NCBI GenBank assembly: GCA_964016885.1
Contig: OZ024745.1
Coordinates: forward strand, 37,138,001 to 37,202,000
Source of the DNA: Eledone cirrhosa
Lineage: Eukaryota
Direction: 5' to 3'
DNA length: 64,000 nucleotides
The position numbers and the translations under genes were made by a program. Below, in pieces: positions 29,475 through 44,761 of the stretch. The notes under the pieces are model-generated. The model saw only the letters and a program-made list of their open reading frames with translations, was not told where the DNA came from and ran no database searches. The first letter of the stretch is position 1. Every line of letters begins with the position of its first letter.

Positions 29475-29535
<61 letters not shown>

Positions 29536-29716
29536 TATATATATAAGTATATATATATATGTGTGTATATATATATATATATATACTTATATATATATAC
29601 TTATATATATATATATATATATATATACTTATATATATATATATATATATATAAGTATACTTATATATATATATAAGTATATATATATAAGTATATATAT
29701 ATATATATATATATAA

Positions 29717-29755
<39 letters not shown>

Positions 29756-29802
29756 TATATATATATATATATATAAGTATATATATATATATATATATAT
29801 AA

Positions 29803-29905
<103 letters not shown>

Positions 29906-29934
29906 TATATATATAAGTATATATATATAAAAGT

Positions 29935-31280
29935 ATAAATGGAAAAAATGAAACGAAATTTCATTTCTCACTCTTAGTACGGCTGTTACTTAAATACAAG
30001 TATGTATACGTACATATATATATGTATACAGACGTACAGTAGTATGTATATATATATACATACATGCACACATATATATATATGTATGTATGGATTTACC
30101 TAACATTTATTATAATGCTCGTTTTTTTTTGTAAACAAATATCCCGAATTAAGCCGTACAGTGTTTAGCAGCCATCGTTGCCCTTTTGTTCAACACTGAC
30201 AAAGGAACGATGTACTAGTTTCAAGCTTATTAACTATCGTCAGCACCGTATACCTTCCTGCCAGATGATTGAACGTCTGAAAGTATATACGTTCCTTATG
30301 CATATGAACGGCTGAGCAACCTAATTTGCATACGATAGCTAATAAGCTTGAAACTAATACATCGTTCCTTTGTCAGTGTTGAACATTTATTATAATGCTC
30401 GGTTTGTTTGTAAACAAATATCCCGAATGAAGCCGTACAGTGTTTAGCAACCATCGTTGCCCTTTTGTTCAACACTGACAAAGGAACGATGTATTAGTTT
30501 CAAGCTTATAAGCTATCGTATGCAAATTAGGCTGCTCAGCCGTTCATATGCATAAGGAACGTATATACTTTCAGACGTTCAATCATCTGGCAGGAAGGTA
30601 TACGGTGCTGACGATAGTTAATAAGCTTGAAACTAGTACATCGTTCCTTTTTCAGTGTTGAACAAAAGGGCAACGATGGTTGCTAAACACTGTACGGCTT
30701 CATTCGGGATACTTGTTTACAAACAAACCGAGCATTATAATAAATGTTAGGTAAATCCATACGTACATATGTGTGCATGTATGTATATATATACATACTA
30801 CTGTACGTCTGTATACATATATGTATGTACGTATAGATACTTATATTTAAGTAACAGCCGTACTAAGGGTGAGAAATGAAATTTCGTTTAATTTTTTCCA
30901 TTTATAGTTTTCGGTGCGCCCGGCCGATTAACTCACTCGATATACAAATTAGGCTGCTCAGCCGTTAATATGCATAAGGAAAGTATGTACTTTCAGACGT
31001 TCAATCATCTGGCAGGAAAGTATACGGTACTGACGATAGCTAATAAGCTTGAAACTAGTACATCGATCCTTTGTCAGTGTTGAACAAAAGAGCAACGATG
31101 GTTGCTAAACACTGTACGGATTAATTCGGGATGTTTGTTTACAAACAAACCGAGCATTATAATAAATGTTCGGTAAATCCATACGTACATATATATATGT
31201 GTGCATGTATGTATACATATGCATACTACTATACGTATGTATACATATATGTATGTACCTATACATACTTATATTTTTAT
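29935..31280. mobile_element. Family C complex array: several inversions plus a head-to-tail repeat (period 422); HHRs at 30207-30249 (-), 30602-30644 (+) and 31024-31066 (+)
   Basis: The two + strand HHRs are 422 bp apart in continuous homologous sequence. Truncated HHR halves lie at ~30333-30366 and ~30486-30519. Confidence 0.85.
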
Positions 31281-31290
31281 ATATATGTAA

Positions 31291-31371
<81 letters not shown>

Positions 31372-31566
31372 TATATATATATATATAAGTATATATATAT
31401 AAGTATATATATATATATAAGTATATATATATAAGTATATATATATATATAAGTATATATATATAAGTATATATATATATATAAGTATATATATATAAGT
31501 ATATATATATATATAAATATATATATATATAAGTATATATATATGTATAAGTATATATATATATAA

Positions 31567-31599
<33 letters not shown>

Positions 31600-31652
31600 T
31601 ATATATATATATATATATATATATATAAGTATATATATATATATATATATAA

Positions 31653-31709
<57 letters not shown>

Positions 31710-31740
31710 TATATATATATATAAGTATATATATATATAA

Positions 31741-31777
<37 letters not shown>

Positions 31778-31798
31778 TATATATATATATAAGTATAA

Positions 31799-31857
<59 letters not shown>

Positions 31858-31872
31858 TATATATAAGTATAA

Positions 31873-31912
<40 letters not shown>

Positions 31913-31915
<3 letters not shown>

Positions 31916-32080
31916 ATGAATTCCCTTTTCTATCAACCAATGACCTACACCCATCCCACTCCCCACCCTCTCCTACCACTTGAAGAGACCTATAAATACC
32001 ATACTTATTTTTTGATACGCAGATTCCTGATGATTTCTAAAGAATGAAACAGTTCTAGTCTCATCTATATTAAAACTATA
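31913..32080 (+). mobile_element. Family B fragment with internally deleted HHR (~32022-32060)
   Basis: GATTCCTGATGATTTCTAAAGAATGAAACAGTTCTAGTC, then lacks CTGTAGAATC relative to 13111-13170. Confidence 0.7.
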
Positions 32081-32132
32081 TATATATATAAGTATATATA
32101 TATATATATATATGTATATGTATATATATAAG

Positions 32133-32172
<40 letters not shown>

Positions 32173-32417
32173 TATAAGTATATATATATATATATAAGTA
32201 TATATATATATAAGTATATATATATATATAAGTATATATATATATAAGTATATATATATATAAGTATATATATATATATATATATAAGTATATATATATA
32301 TATAAGTATATATATATATATATAAGTATATATATATATAAGTATATATATATATAAGTATATATATATATAAGTATATATATATATATAAGAATATATA
32401 TATATATATATACATAA

Positions 32418-32472
<55 letters not shown>

Positions 32473-32649
32473 TATATATATATATATATAAGTATATATA
32501 TATATATAAGTATATATATATAAGTATATATATATATATATATAAGTATATATATATATAATGGAAAAATTTGAACAGGGACAAAACAGAGAGGCAGTAC
32601 AATAAATGTTTATTAATTTCACGCTCAGGATAGTGGGGGGTAGGTGGGG

Positions 32650-32680
32650 GACGACGTTTCGGGCATAAGCCCTTCCTCAG
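32650..32680 (-). ncRNA. HHR core in the PLE 3' UTR lacking an adjacent stem I
   Basis: CTGAGGA-aGGGC ttat GCCC-GAAA-CGTCG-TC; the flanks CTCAC and CCCCA do not pair. Confidence 0.6.
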
Positions 32681-34199
32681 GTGAGAAGTGTGTGGGAACA
32701 GAGTTCAAAAGGTGTGTAGGGGAGTGGTGGAGAGACATATAGCGAAAGGAAACGGTGCGAATGAAAAAAAACAAATAAAGATAAAAAATAAAAATAAAGC
32801 ATGATCAAAATACAAGGAATGAGAAAATTTAAAAATAAAGGCATGATCAAAATAAACTGAAATTAAAAGGGGGGTAAACAGGTGGTGGAAGGGTGTGGGG
32901 TGAGTAGGGGTGGTGGCGGGTGGAGTGGGGAGAGGAAGACGGGGTGTCCGAGCGGGGAGGGCTGAAGGTGGTGTGTGTGTGTAGGCGTGCGTGTGTGTGT
33001 GTGTGTGTGTGTATGTGAAAGTAAGGGTTGGGGGAAAAACGGGGTTGCATGTTCAGGAAGGGGTGTGTGTGGGGGGTGTTTTTGTGGGTCGGAGTGTCTG
33101 TGCGTGTGTGGATAGGGGGGTGGGGGGAGAGGAATCAGGAGGCTGAGGGTGTAAATATGTGGTGGGAAGCACGTGTGTGTGGGGTTTAAGCGTGTTGTGG
33201 GTGTGGGTGGCGTGTGGATAAAAAAATGTTTTGGGTGTGTGTGTGCGGGTGAGTTATATAGGTGATTACGCAAGAGGATGGTTGAAAAGTTGGTAAGTTC
33301 CAAGGATGTTCAGTAGATTGTTTGTAAGTCAAATTCTGCGTGTGGGTAATCCATGAAGTGGTGGTCGGAAGAGGAGAGATGTGGGGTGCGCACGCAACAG
33401 GAAGTGGTCAGCAGTGGGAGTGCTGTGGTCTGTTGGTGCTGGGAGGTGGCCAGAGGGCACAGCAGCAGTCAGTGCAATGATAGGGGGCGAGGATGGGTAG
33501 GTGTGAAAGTTGGAGTGAGGAGTGTGTGTGTGTGTGTATTAGTAGGGGTGTTAGTGGGATGAGTGAGTGTGGAGCGAGGGTGTGGGTGGAGTGGGGAGAG
33601 AAGGGTGTGTGTGGTTCTATGGAGGGAGTGTGGTGTACTGGTGTGTGTGTAGTTGGATGAAGAGGTGTTAGTGGGTGTAAGTATACGGGAGGTGGGGAGG
33701 GGTTGAATGCAGGTGTGAGTGGGGGTTAGTGGTGGTAGGGTGTGTAGAGTTGGTGGTGTACGAGGGTGTGTGGGTACGTGTGCGTGGGGTTGGGGGGTGT
33801 TAGTGATGTTAGTTGTGTGTGGGGTGGGTGGTGTAAGTGGGTGCGTGTGTTCGTGTGCTTGGGGTTAGGGGGTGTTAGTGAGGTTAGTTGCGGGCTGGTG
33901 GGATGGAGGTGTGGGGGTGAGAGGTGTGGGGGTGAGGGTTAGTGGTGGTAGTAGGGTGTGTGTTTAGTGTGAGCGCGTGTATATATGTGCAGGTGGGTGT
34001 GTGCGTGTGATAAGGAGGGGGAGGAGGAGAAGTGGGGAGGGAAGGATGTTAGTATGTTAGTTGGGGAAGGGTGGTCAGATGAGGGGTGGAGTGGAGGTGT
34101 TAGTATTGTTAGTGTGGGGTGGGCGGTGAAAAGGAGAGGTGTGTTAGTGGTGTTAGTGGGGGATAAGTGTGGGGGGAGGGGGCCGGTCGAACGCTAAAG

Positions 34200-36570
34200 G
34201 AATAAGGGTGGGGAGTTCAGGCCGGGGGGAGTGTGGGTCAGTAAGATGAAGATAGTTCGTTGTTCGACCGTAAGGCGATGGGCGGGTGTTCCGTGGCACT
34301 GGAGTAGGCCAAAGACTGTGTCCAGGGCCACCAAAGTGGCGGCCTTGGGGGAACTGCCCCCGAGACGAATATCCCGGAGGTGCTCCGTGACTCGGTCCGC
34401 CAGGCGACGTCCCGTCTGTCCGACATAAGTAGACTAGGTTGGAGGAGGTGCAGCGGAAGGCATGCCGAACCGAGAGAGAGTGGCCGTTGGGACCCTGGAA
34501 GGTGGTGGTGTTGGTGATGTGGGGACAGGTGTTGCAGCGGGGCCTAGAACAGGGAAAGGAACCGGGGGGGGGGAACAGAGCGTGGGTTGGGGGGTAGGGA
34601 GCTGTGGACGAGGAGGGTGCGGAGATTGCGTGCGCGTTTGAAGGAGGGGAGTGGTGGGGTTGAGAAGATGTGGGAGGTGGAGGGGTCGGACTGGAGGCGT
34701 CGGAAGAGGCGGTGGATGGTGCGGTGGAGGGGTAAGGTGGAGGGGTGGTAGGTGATGGGGAAGGGGAGACGGTGGGTGGGTGTGTGGTGGCGTGGGGTGA
34801 GGGTGGTAGAGCGGGGGACAGCACGGGCGCGGGTGAGAGCGGTGTAGACGAGAGAGTGGGGGTAACCTCTGCGGATGAAATGGCTGACTAGGGAAAGGAC
34901 CTGGGACTCGAAGTCAGCATCACGGCTACAGAGGCGACGGATCCTGAGAAGTTGGGAGTAGGGAATGGAGTGTTTAGTGTGGGTGGGGTGGGAAGAGGTG
35001 AAGTCGAAGTAAGAGTGGGAGTCGGTGGGTTTGAAGAAGGCGGAGGTGACGAGGGAGTGGTGGAGGGGTCGAAGGCGACGGAGATGTCTAAGAAGTGGAC
35101 GTGGGTGGTGGAGATAGAGATGGTGAAGTGGAGGGAGGGGTGGAAGGAGCAGAAGAAGGAGAGAAAGGAGTCGAGCTGTTCTCGGGTGAGGCTCGTGGCT
35201 TCGATACAGTCGTCAATGTAACGACCTTACAGTTCGGGCGTGGGGCCGGTGTTCTGGGCAAAGATTTGGGCCTCAACATGGCCAACAAAAAGGTTGGCAT
35301 AGTTGGGGCCCATTCTTGTGCCCATGGCTACCCCCGTGACCTGTTGGTAAAAACTCACCCGAGAAGGAGAAACAATTTAGGGTGAGGACCAGCTCGAAGG
35401 AGGGTGTGGGTGGAGGGAATGGGGGAGGGGCGAAGGTCGAGGTAGTGTTTGAGGGCGCGAAGGCCGTCGGCGTGGGGAATGACTGTATAGAGCGACTTGA
35501 TGTCTAGGGTGAAGAGGAAGGGCTGTGGGCCGGGTAGGTAGGTGAAGGAGTCGAAAAGGCGCAGGGCGTGGTTGGTGTCGGAGATGTGGGAGGGGAGGGT
35601 GGTGACAAGGGGGGCGAGGAGGGAGTCGAGAAAGGCGGAGATGAGTTCGGTGGGGGAAGTTGCAAGCGGAGACGATGGGGCGGCCGGGGTTGTCGGGTTT
35701 GTGGAGTTTGGGGAGGAAGTAGATGGTGGGGGTGCGGGGGTGCGGACGATGAGGTGGGAAGCGGTGGGGGGAGGAGGGAGGAGGCGATAAGGTCTTTGAT
35801 GTTGGAGGAGACTTGTTGTTGGTAGAGGGGGGTGGGATCGGAGGGTAGAGGGTGGTAAAAGAGGGGGTTACAGAGCTGCCTGAGGGCTTCGGCCGTGTAG
35901 GAGGTCCGCGCGCCATACCACTACGGCGCCTCCCTTGTCCGCCGGTTTGATGACGATGTCATCTCGGCTACGGAGGGAGCGGAGAGCGAGGAGTTCGCCC
36001 CGTGAGATATTGTGCCGTTTGGAACGGTGGCGGAAGTCGAAACGATTTACTGCGCTACGGCTGGCTTCGACGAAGGCGTCCAGGGTGCTAAATTGCCCTG
36101 GGGCCGGCGTCCAAGAAGATGGTCGTCGGCCCAGGGCGAGAAACGGGTCTGGGGCGTCCGGAGCCGGTGGCGTTCGGCTGAAATGTGCCTGTAGCTTAGT
36201 GCGTCGCACGAATCGCTCGACTTCCGTTCGGGTGCGGAACTCGTCGCTGTGCGGAGTGTGGGGCATGAAGCGAAGGCCTCTACTAAGGAGTGAGCGCTCA
36301 GGTGCGGAGAGGGGGAGGTCAGGGGGTATGGTGACCTCAAGGGGTAGGGTTGGGGTGTTTGAGGGCGGAGGGGAGGGTGTGGTGAGGGATGAGGTGGAGG
36401 GTGGAGATTGGGTAGGGGTGTGGGTCGGGGGAGAGGTGGAGAGTGGTGGGCGTATGGGGATGGACGGGTGGTGGTGGATGGGGGAGGGGGGAGTGAGTGT
36501 AGCTTGCGGGCTTTGGTGGAGCTGAGGAACGAGAAGAGGTTGTGGATGAAGGAGAGGATGGCTTGAATGG
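34200..36570 (-). pseudogene. Frameshifted PLE reverse transcriptase / GIY-YIG endonuclease ORF
   Basis: Motifs in order: IKPADKGGAVVVW; IYFLPKLHKPDNPGRPIVSAC; FTLDIKSLYTVIP; GVAMGTRMGPNYANLFVG; RYIDD (YIDD 35209-35220); PCSRPRCNTC; NLVY/YVGQTGRRLADRVTEH (spacer deleted); PPGLN. Confidence 0.92.
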
Positions 36571-36822
36571 CGTAGGACAGAACAAAGGAGAGGCACATAA
36601 ACAAAGAAGGGAATCCCCAGTCACTGAAGAGGTCACAGGGTGTGTGACGAAAGAACTATGACAATATATAAACAACTATTTGGTTGTGGAACCAACCAAC
36701 CAACCAACCAGAAATTTATAAATTTATAAATTTATTATAAATTTATTATAATAAATTGAAGTGAAAGCAACTAGTGCGTGTGTTTCTTATTGGCAACATG
36801 ACCCTCCCAAAGTATAACAATA
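36566..36822 (+). mobile_element. Family F PLE 3' end joined head-to-head to the Neptune-like element; HHR at 36620-36662 (+)
   Basis: GTCA-CTGAAGA-gGTCACA gggtg TGTGAC-GAAA-GAAC-TA-TGAC; reverse-complement homologue of 51685-51937. Confidence 0.82.
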
Positions 36823-38690
<1,868 letters not shown>

Positions 38691-38888
38691 ACACCCACAC
38701 ACATGTACACACTCATATATATATATATCTGTATCTCTGTCTGTGTTTTTTTGTGTATCTGTATGTATGTATGTATGTATGTATGTATGTATGTATGTAT
38801 GTATGTATGTATGTATGTATGCATGCATGCATGCATGTATGTGTGTATGTGTGTATGTATGTATCTGTGTATGTATGTTCTGGTTTCA

Positions 38889-39272
38889 CTGGATTAGCAG
38901 TATTGGTAGAGGGTCGGACGCCATGCTTTGACGTATAGAGTTACGTCCCTTTATGATCTGAGTTCAAATCCCGCCAAGGTTAACTTTGCCTTTCATCCTC
39001 ACGGGGTCGATAAAATAAAGTACCAGTAATGCACTGAGTAATTTCTGGCCTTGTGCCTAACGTAGAAACAATTATTTTATAAATTTGGATTGGCAGTATC
39101 GATAGAGAGTCGAACACAATGCTTTGAAGCATAGAGTTACGTCCCTTTATGATCTGAGTTCAAATCCCGCCGAGGTTAACTTTGCCTTTCATCCTTACGG
39201 GGTCGATAAAATAAAGTACCAGTAATATACTGCGATAATTGCTGGCTTGTGCCAAAAGTAGGAACAATTATT
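38889..39272 (+). mobile_element. Two tandem tRNA-derived SINEs (duplicated at ~44967-45357)
   Basis: Two B boxes (GAGTTCAAATCC) and two SINE tails. Confidence 0.85.
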
Positions 39273-40615
39273 TTATAAATTTATTCCAATAGAGTGAGAA
39301 CCGGTTTTTAACATAGACATAAGACTCTCTCATTGGGATTTAGCTAGGTAAACAATATGCAAATCACTGTATTTTATGGAACTCAAATCATTCCTTAAAG
39401 ATTCCTTTATATATTTCTATATATTTATTTATCTTTCTTTTACGTATTTTTGTTGTTGTTAACTACAAGCAGAATACATCAGAGTTCATGTGATATTTTT
39501 CTCTATTTTCTAATCATTAACCAACTAAGATATATTCCATTGCTTCCAGAACAAATATTTTCCAACTCATATTACTATACTTAATTTTCTCACAGCTCTG
39601 TAATAATTATTTGTCTAATATATGACATACAAATGCTCGTGGTCTCAACTAATGTTGTTCAAGCTGCGTGGTTCACCCCATTAGTGGAGACAAAAATATA
39701 ATTGATCACGACGTTAAGACACGATCAACAAACAGATTTTTTTTTCTTATTGAGTCGCAATACAAAACGCAGCTCTTGTTGTGGTTCGCAGTAATTAATG
39801 TTTGAATGACGCTGAATGATTAAAGTATTGGCCCAACGGTCATAAAGTCGTTAGATCGATTTGCAGACCGGGTGTCGCGTTGTCTTTGAGCAAGACAATT
39901 AATTTAACATTGCTTTTGTTCACTGAGATAAGCTCCGGGATTCTGCACACATGCAAACATAGTCAAACGAACATAATAATATCTTGCATCAAGCTTCTCA
40001 TGGGTTTACTGTTTGTTGCATGCACATCAAACATAACTGCTTAATTCTCAAACTTGGCGATGATTTAAAACATCGAATAGAATTTTCGTGGTATTTGTCC
40101 CGGTTCTATACACTTTGATTTCAAATCTCGCACAGGTCAACTTTGTCTTTTGAACGTTGATTATGAATTCATACAGTTCTTCTTTCTTTCTGGACCTAGA
40201 AATAAATTAGCAGCTAATGGCAGGGAATTGTTAGAGCGTCGAACGAGATGTCTAGCGCTATCTGTGCCGGTACTTTGTATCCTGGGATAACATACCATCT
40301 ACAGATTCAAGCACTACCGATGGCGAGAGTTAATTAGCCGACAACGAGACCACAATTGATTCTGAAAGCTGCAATGTTTGGGAGAGGACTCTAGTTGCCT
40401 GCTTCTGCAGTCAAACTCGTCTATATAGGAATATTTGAACGTTACACTGCAAGTAACAAAATGATTATGAATTTATACAGTTCTTCTGATGTTTGGAGAA
40501 TGTGAACTATTCTTGTTTTCACGGTGTCCGTCTGTAGTTAAGTGGTTCAAACTAACAAGGTTTGAATTTATTAACCAGGAACGCATCTAGCATTGCAAAC
40601 GGGAGCCACTTGCGA

Positions 40616-40910
40616 AGGCGTGTTGCTTAGCGGCGAGGGAGTTCGGCCCATGATCGTAAGGTCGTGAGCCTGATTCCGTGCAGTGTGTTGTGTCTTTGAG
40701 CAAGACACTATATTTCACATTGCATCAGTTCACTCAGCTGCTAAAAATAAGTTGTACCTGAAATTCAAAGGTCCAGGCCTTGTTACACACTATATTACGC
40801 TAAATCTTTCTAAAAAACAGATTAAACGTATATGTGGCTATGGAATACTGAACCACTTGCACGTCAATTTCAGGCTATCCCGTTGTTTGAAAAACTGGAA
40901 CACTCATCAT
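40616..40910 (+). mobile_element. Second, older tRNA-headed SINE family (duplicated at ~46703-46997)
   Basis: GGCGTGTTGCTTAGCGG head and TGTGTCTTTGAGCAAGACACT core; a related core lies at ~39880, and tail-like repeats at ~55080-55420. Confidence 0.55.
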
Positions 40911-42406
40911 CAGAATCAACAATATGATTCAACAATATGAATCACTGGCCATTCTGCCAGCAGTCTAATGCCCTACCTATCAACATAGCCGGCAATGATT
41001 TCTTTAGTCATCCCATAGACCGATTCATTTTTGTATTTATTGCAGTACACTGTGTTCAGATTTCAAATCCTGCTGCGGTCAAAATGGCCGTTCATACTTC
41101 ATAATTGAAAACAATAAAATATCACGCTAACGTGGTGGACTAGCAGTCTCATTATAGCATTGGATAGGATGTCTTGAGGTATATTTTTACCGACGTTTTG
41201 ATTTATGAGTTCAAAACCTGCTTTAGCTGGTTGCTAGAAGTAATACTCCCCGGTTTAGCAAGACTACACTGTCTTTTGGCGCCTGTAGTGGAATCCCTTA
41301 TGCTGCAAGCAATTGGACTATGACTCAGTTGTATAATCTATTTAATATTTATATTTTAGTAATGGCCACAATGAAAATAACATGTAGGTGTTTCAGATTT
41401 TATTAAATCGCTTCACAATCATGTTGAACTTGGGCTATAAACAATTTCATTAGAAGTATGTTATACTTGTATATCTACATGGCTTCAGACACGACCCATA
41501 TTAGAAAGTAAACTGATCGAATATTTCCAGTACATTGCTGAAAAACTTCCTTTTCCCTTCTTACCAGTACATTGCTGAAAAACGTCATGGAAACTACCTT
41601 CTCTCTCTAAGTGACACAATCAACATCAACAACAACAAATTATGCAAGACAGACAAATAGAATAATAAAATTTCACATTATTATTATTATATGTGATATT
41701 ATTTTACCTACTTAAGTCAGTTTCCAAAGAGGAAAACACCTAATAGAGATTTAGTCGATTATATTGACCACAATATAATCTACTGGCGGTTCCATAGCCA
41801 ATGAGGGTTATCCGAGGCGTGGTTATTGCTAGTTGGAAACTATATTGACCACAATACTGAAACTTATTTTAGCGTTCTCTTTTTGTCGAACTGCTAAGTT
41901 ACGGGGTATAAAAATAATAAACGTAGGAGTATACACGTACACAAACTTAAGCTTCTACACAGTTTTCATCTAGCACAGTTTTCATCTAGCAAATTTCACA
42001 AGGCATTAATCAACCCGAAACTATATATATATATATGAAGACTTTGCCCAAGATGTGACAAGGGGAAGTGGCCCTAAACCAGTTGGCAGCGAAGCGAACT
42101 CCTTAACCACACAGCCACCGCCATGCCTATATATACATGTATATATATATGTATATATGTGTGTGTCTGATGGTATCTAAGATGCTTCCATAGGCAGTAT
42201 GCCGGTTGAGCACTCTATGCTCTTACAGAGCAGAGTATAATAGAATATCATGTGAGAGAATAAGCTCCGAAATCATTAGACGTGTCCGTTGAACCTGCGG
42301 GTCCAGAATCAGACAGATCCACACAATGATCGCATCTCGAGCTGTCCACCGGCGAAACATTTGTAACACACAAAAAATTGAGTTCAGATGCATCACTGAT
42401 TTTTCG

Positions 42407-42491
<85 letters not shown>

Positions 42492-42770
42492 GTTTGTGTA
42501 TGTGTGTGTGAGTATGACTATATATATATATATATTTGTATGTATATATACATATTTATATTTCAATAAGATAACTATTTTTTCCTTCTTATTTTTTTCT
42601 CTTCCAATCGTTATATTTTTTCTCTTCTGCTAATGTGCTCCAGAAGATTTAATCTATTTTGTTTCCACAATGATGTTTAAACTCTTCTACAAACAGGTAC
42701 ACGAAGTTAGTTCGGTACAACGTTGTATACAAGTTTTAATACTATCATTAAAAGTTTTAAGTCTTGTTTT

Positions 42771-42970
42771 NNNNNNNNNNNNNNNNNNNNNNNNNNNNNN
42801 NNNNNNNNNNNNNNNNNNNNNNNNNNNNNNNNNNNNNNNNNNNNNNNNNNNNNNNNNNNNNNNNNNNNNNNNNNNNNNNNNNNNNNNNNNNNNNNNNNNN
42901 NNNNNNNNNNNNNNNNNNNNNNNNNNNNNNNNNNNNNNNNNNNNNNNNNNNNNNNNNNNNNNNNNNNNNN
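42771..42970. other. Assembly gap (200 N)
   Basis: Run of n. Confidence 1.
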
Positions 42971-43008
42971 ATATATATACTATATATATATAATATATAT
43001 ATAAGTAT

Positions 43009-43042
<34 letters not shown>

Positions 43043-43044
43043 AG

Positions 43045-43110
<66 letters not shown>

Positions 43111-43142
43111 TATATAAAGTATATATATAATATATATATTAT

Positions 43143-43175
<33 letters not shown>

Positions 43176-43176
43176 A

Positions 43177-43209
<33 letters not shown>

Positions 43210-43229
43210 TATATATATATATATATATA

Positions 43230-43289
<60 letters not shown>

Positions 43290-43298
43290 TATATATAT

Positions 43299-43329
<31 letters not shown>

Positions 43330-43371
43330 AGTATATATTATATATATATATATATAATATATTATATATAT

Positions 43372-43454
<83 letters not shown>

Positions 43455-43463
43455 GTATATATA

Positions 43464-43517
<54 letters not shown>

Positions 43518-43713
43518 TTATATATATATAGTATATATATTTATATATATATAGTATATTATATATATATATATATATAATTATTATTATATATATTATA
43601 TTATATATATAATAATATATAATATATATATATATAATTATATATAATATATTTATATATATATATATAATTATATATATATATATTATATATATATAAT
43701 ATATATATATAAT

Positions 43714-43760
<47 letters not shown>

Positions 43761-43763
43761 ATA

Positions 43764-43844
<81 letters not shown>

Positions 43845-43888
43845 ATATTATATATATATATATAATATATATATTTATATATATAATA

Positions 43889-43923
<35 letters not shown>

Positions 43924-44027
43924 TATATATATAATTATATATTATATATATATATAAGTATATATATTATATATATATATATTTATATTATATATATATA
44001 TATTATATTATATATTATATATATATT

Positions 44028-44102
<75 letters not shown>

Positions 44103-44113
44103 GTATATATATA

Positions 44114-44152
<39 letters not shown>

Positions 44153-44173
44153 TATATATATATATATATATTA

Positions 44174-44302
<129 letters not shown>

Positions 44303-44426
44303 TTATATATATATAAGTATATATATATATATATAGTATATATATATATAGTTATAATATTATATACTTTATATATATTATATATATATATATATAGTAT
44401 ATATATATATTTATATTATATATATA

Positions 44427-44457
<31 letters not shown>

Positions 44458-44514
44458 CTTGTATATATATATATATATATATATATATACTTTTATATAA
44501 TATATATATATATA

Positions 44515-44584
<70 letters not shown>

Positions 44585-44585
44585 A

Positions 44586-44658
<73 letters not shown>

Positions 44659-44720
44659 ATATATATAAAGATTATATATATAAATATATATATATTATAT
44701 ATATATAATAATATATATAA

Positions 44721-44761
<41 letters not shown>

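Larger units (their letters stand above)
32561..36570 (-). mobile_element. Penelope-like retroelement (Neptune-like), 5'-truncated, in (TA)n
   Basis: RT + Cys-rich linker + GIY-YIG coding remnants, a ~1.6 kb C-rich 3' UTR, an HHR-like core, AATAAA, and a 3' end TTTTTCCAT abutting (TA)n. Confidence 0.92.

Noticed and set aside
42228-42410. Unique-looking segment that could be a host exon (minus frame RKISDASELNFLCVTNVSPVDSSRCDHC...YSLT*; also at ~48315-48497)
   Set aside because: There is no polypyrimidine acceptor upstream (it is (GA)n), no recognisable homology and no partner exons; it needs RNA-seq or tBLASTx.
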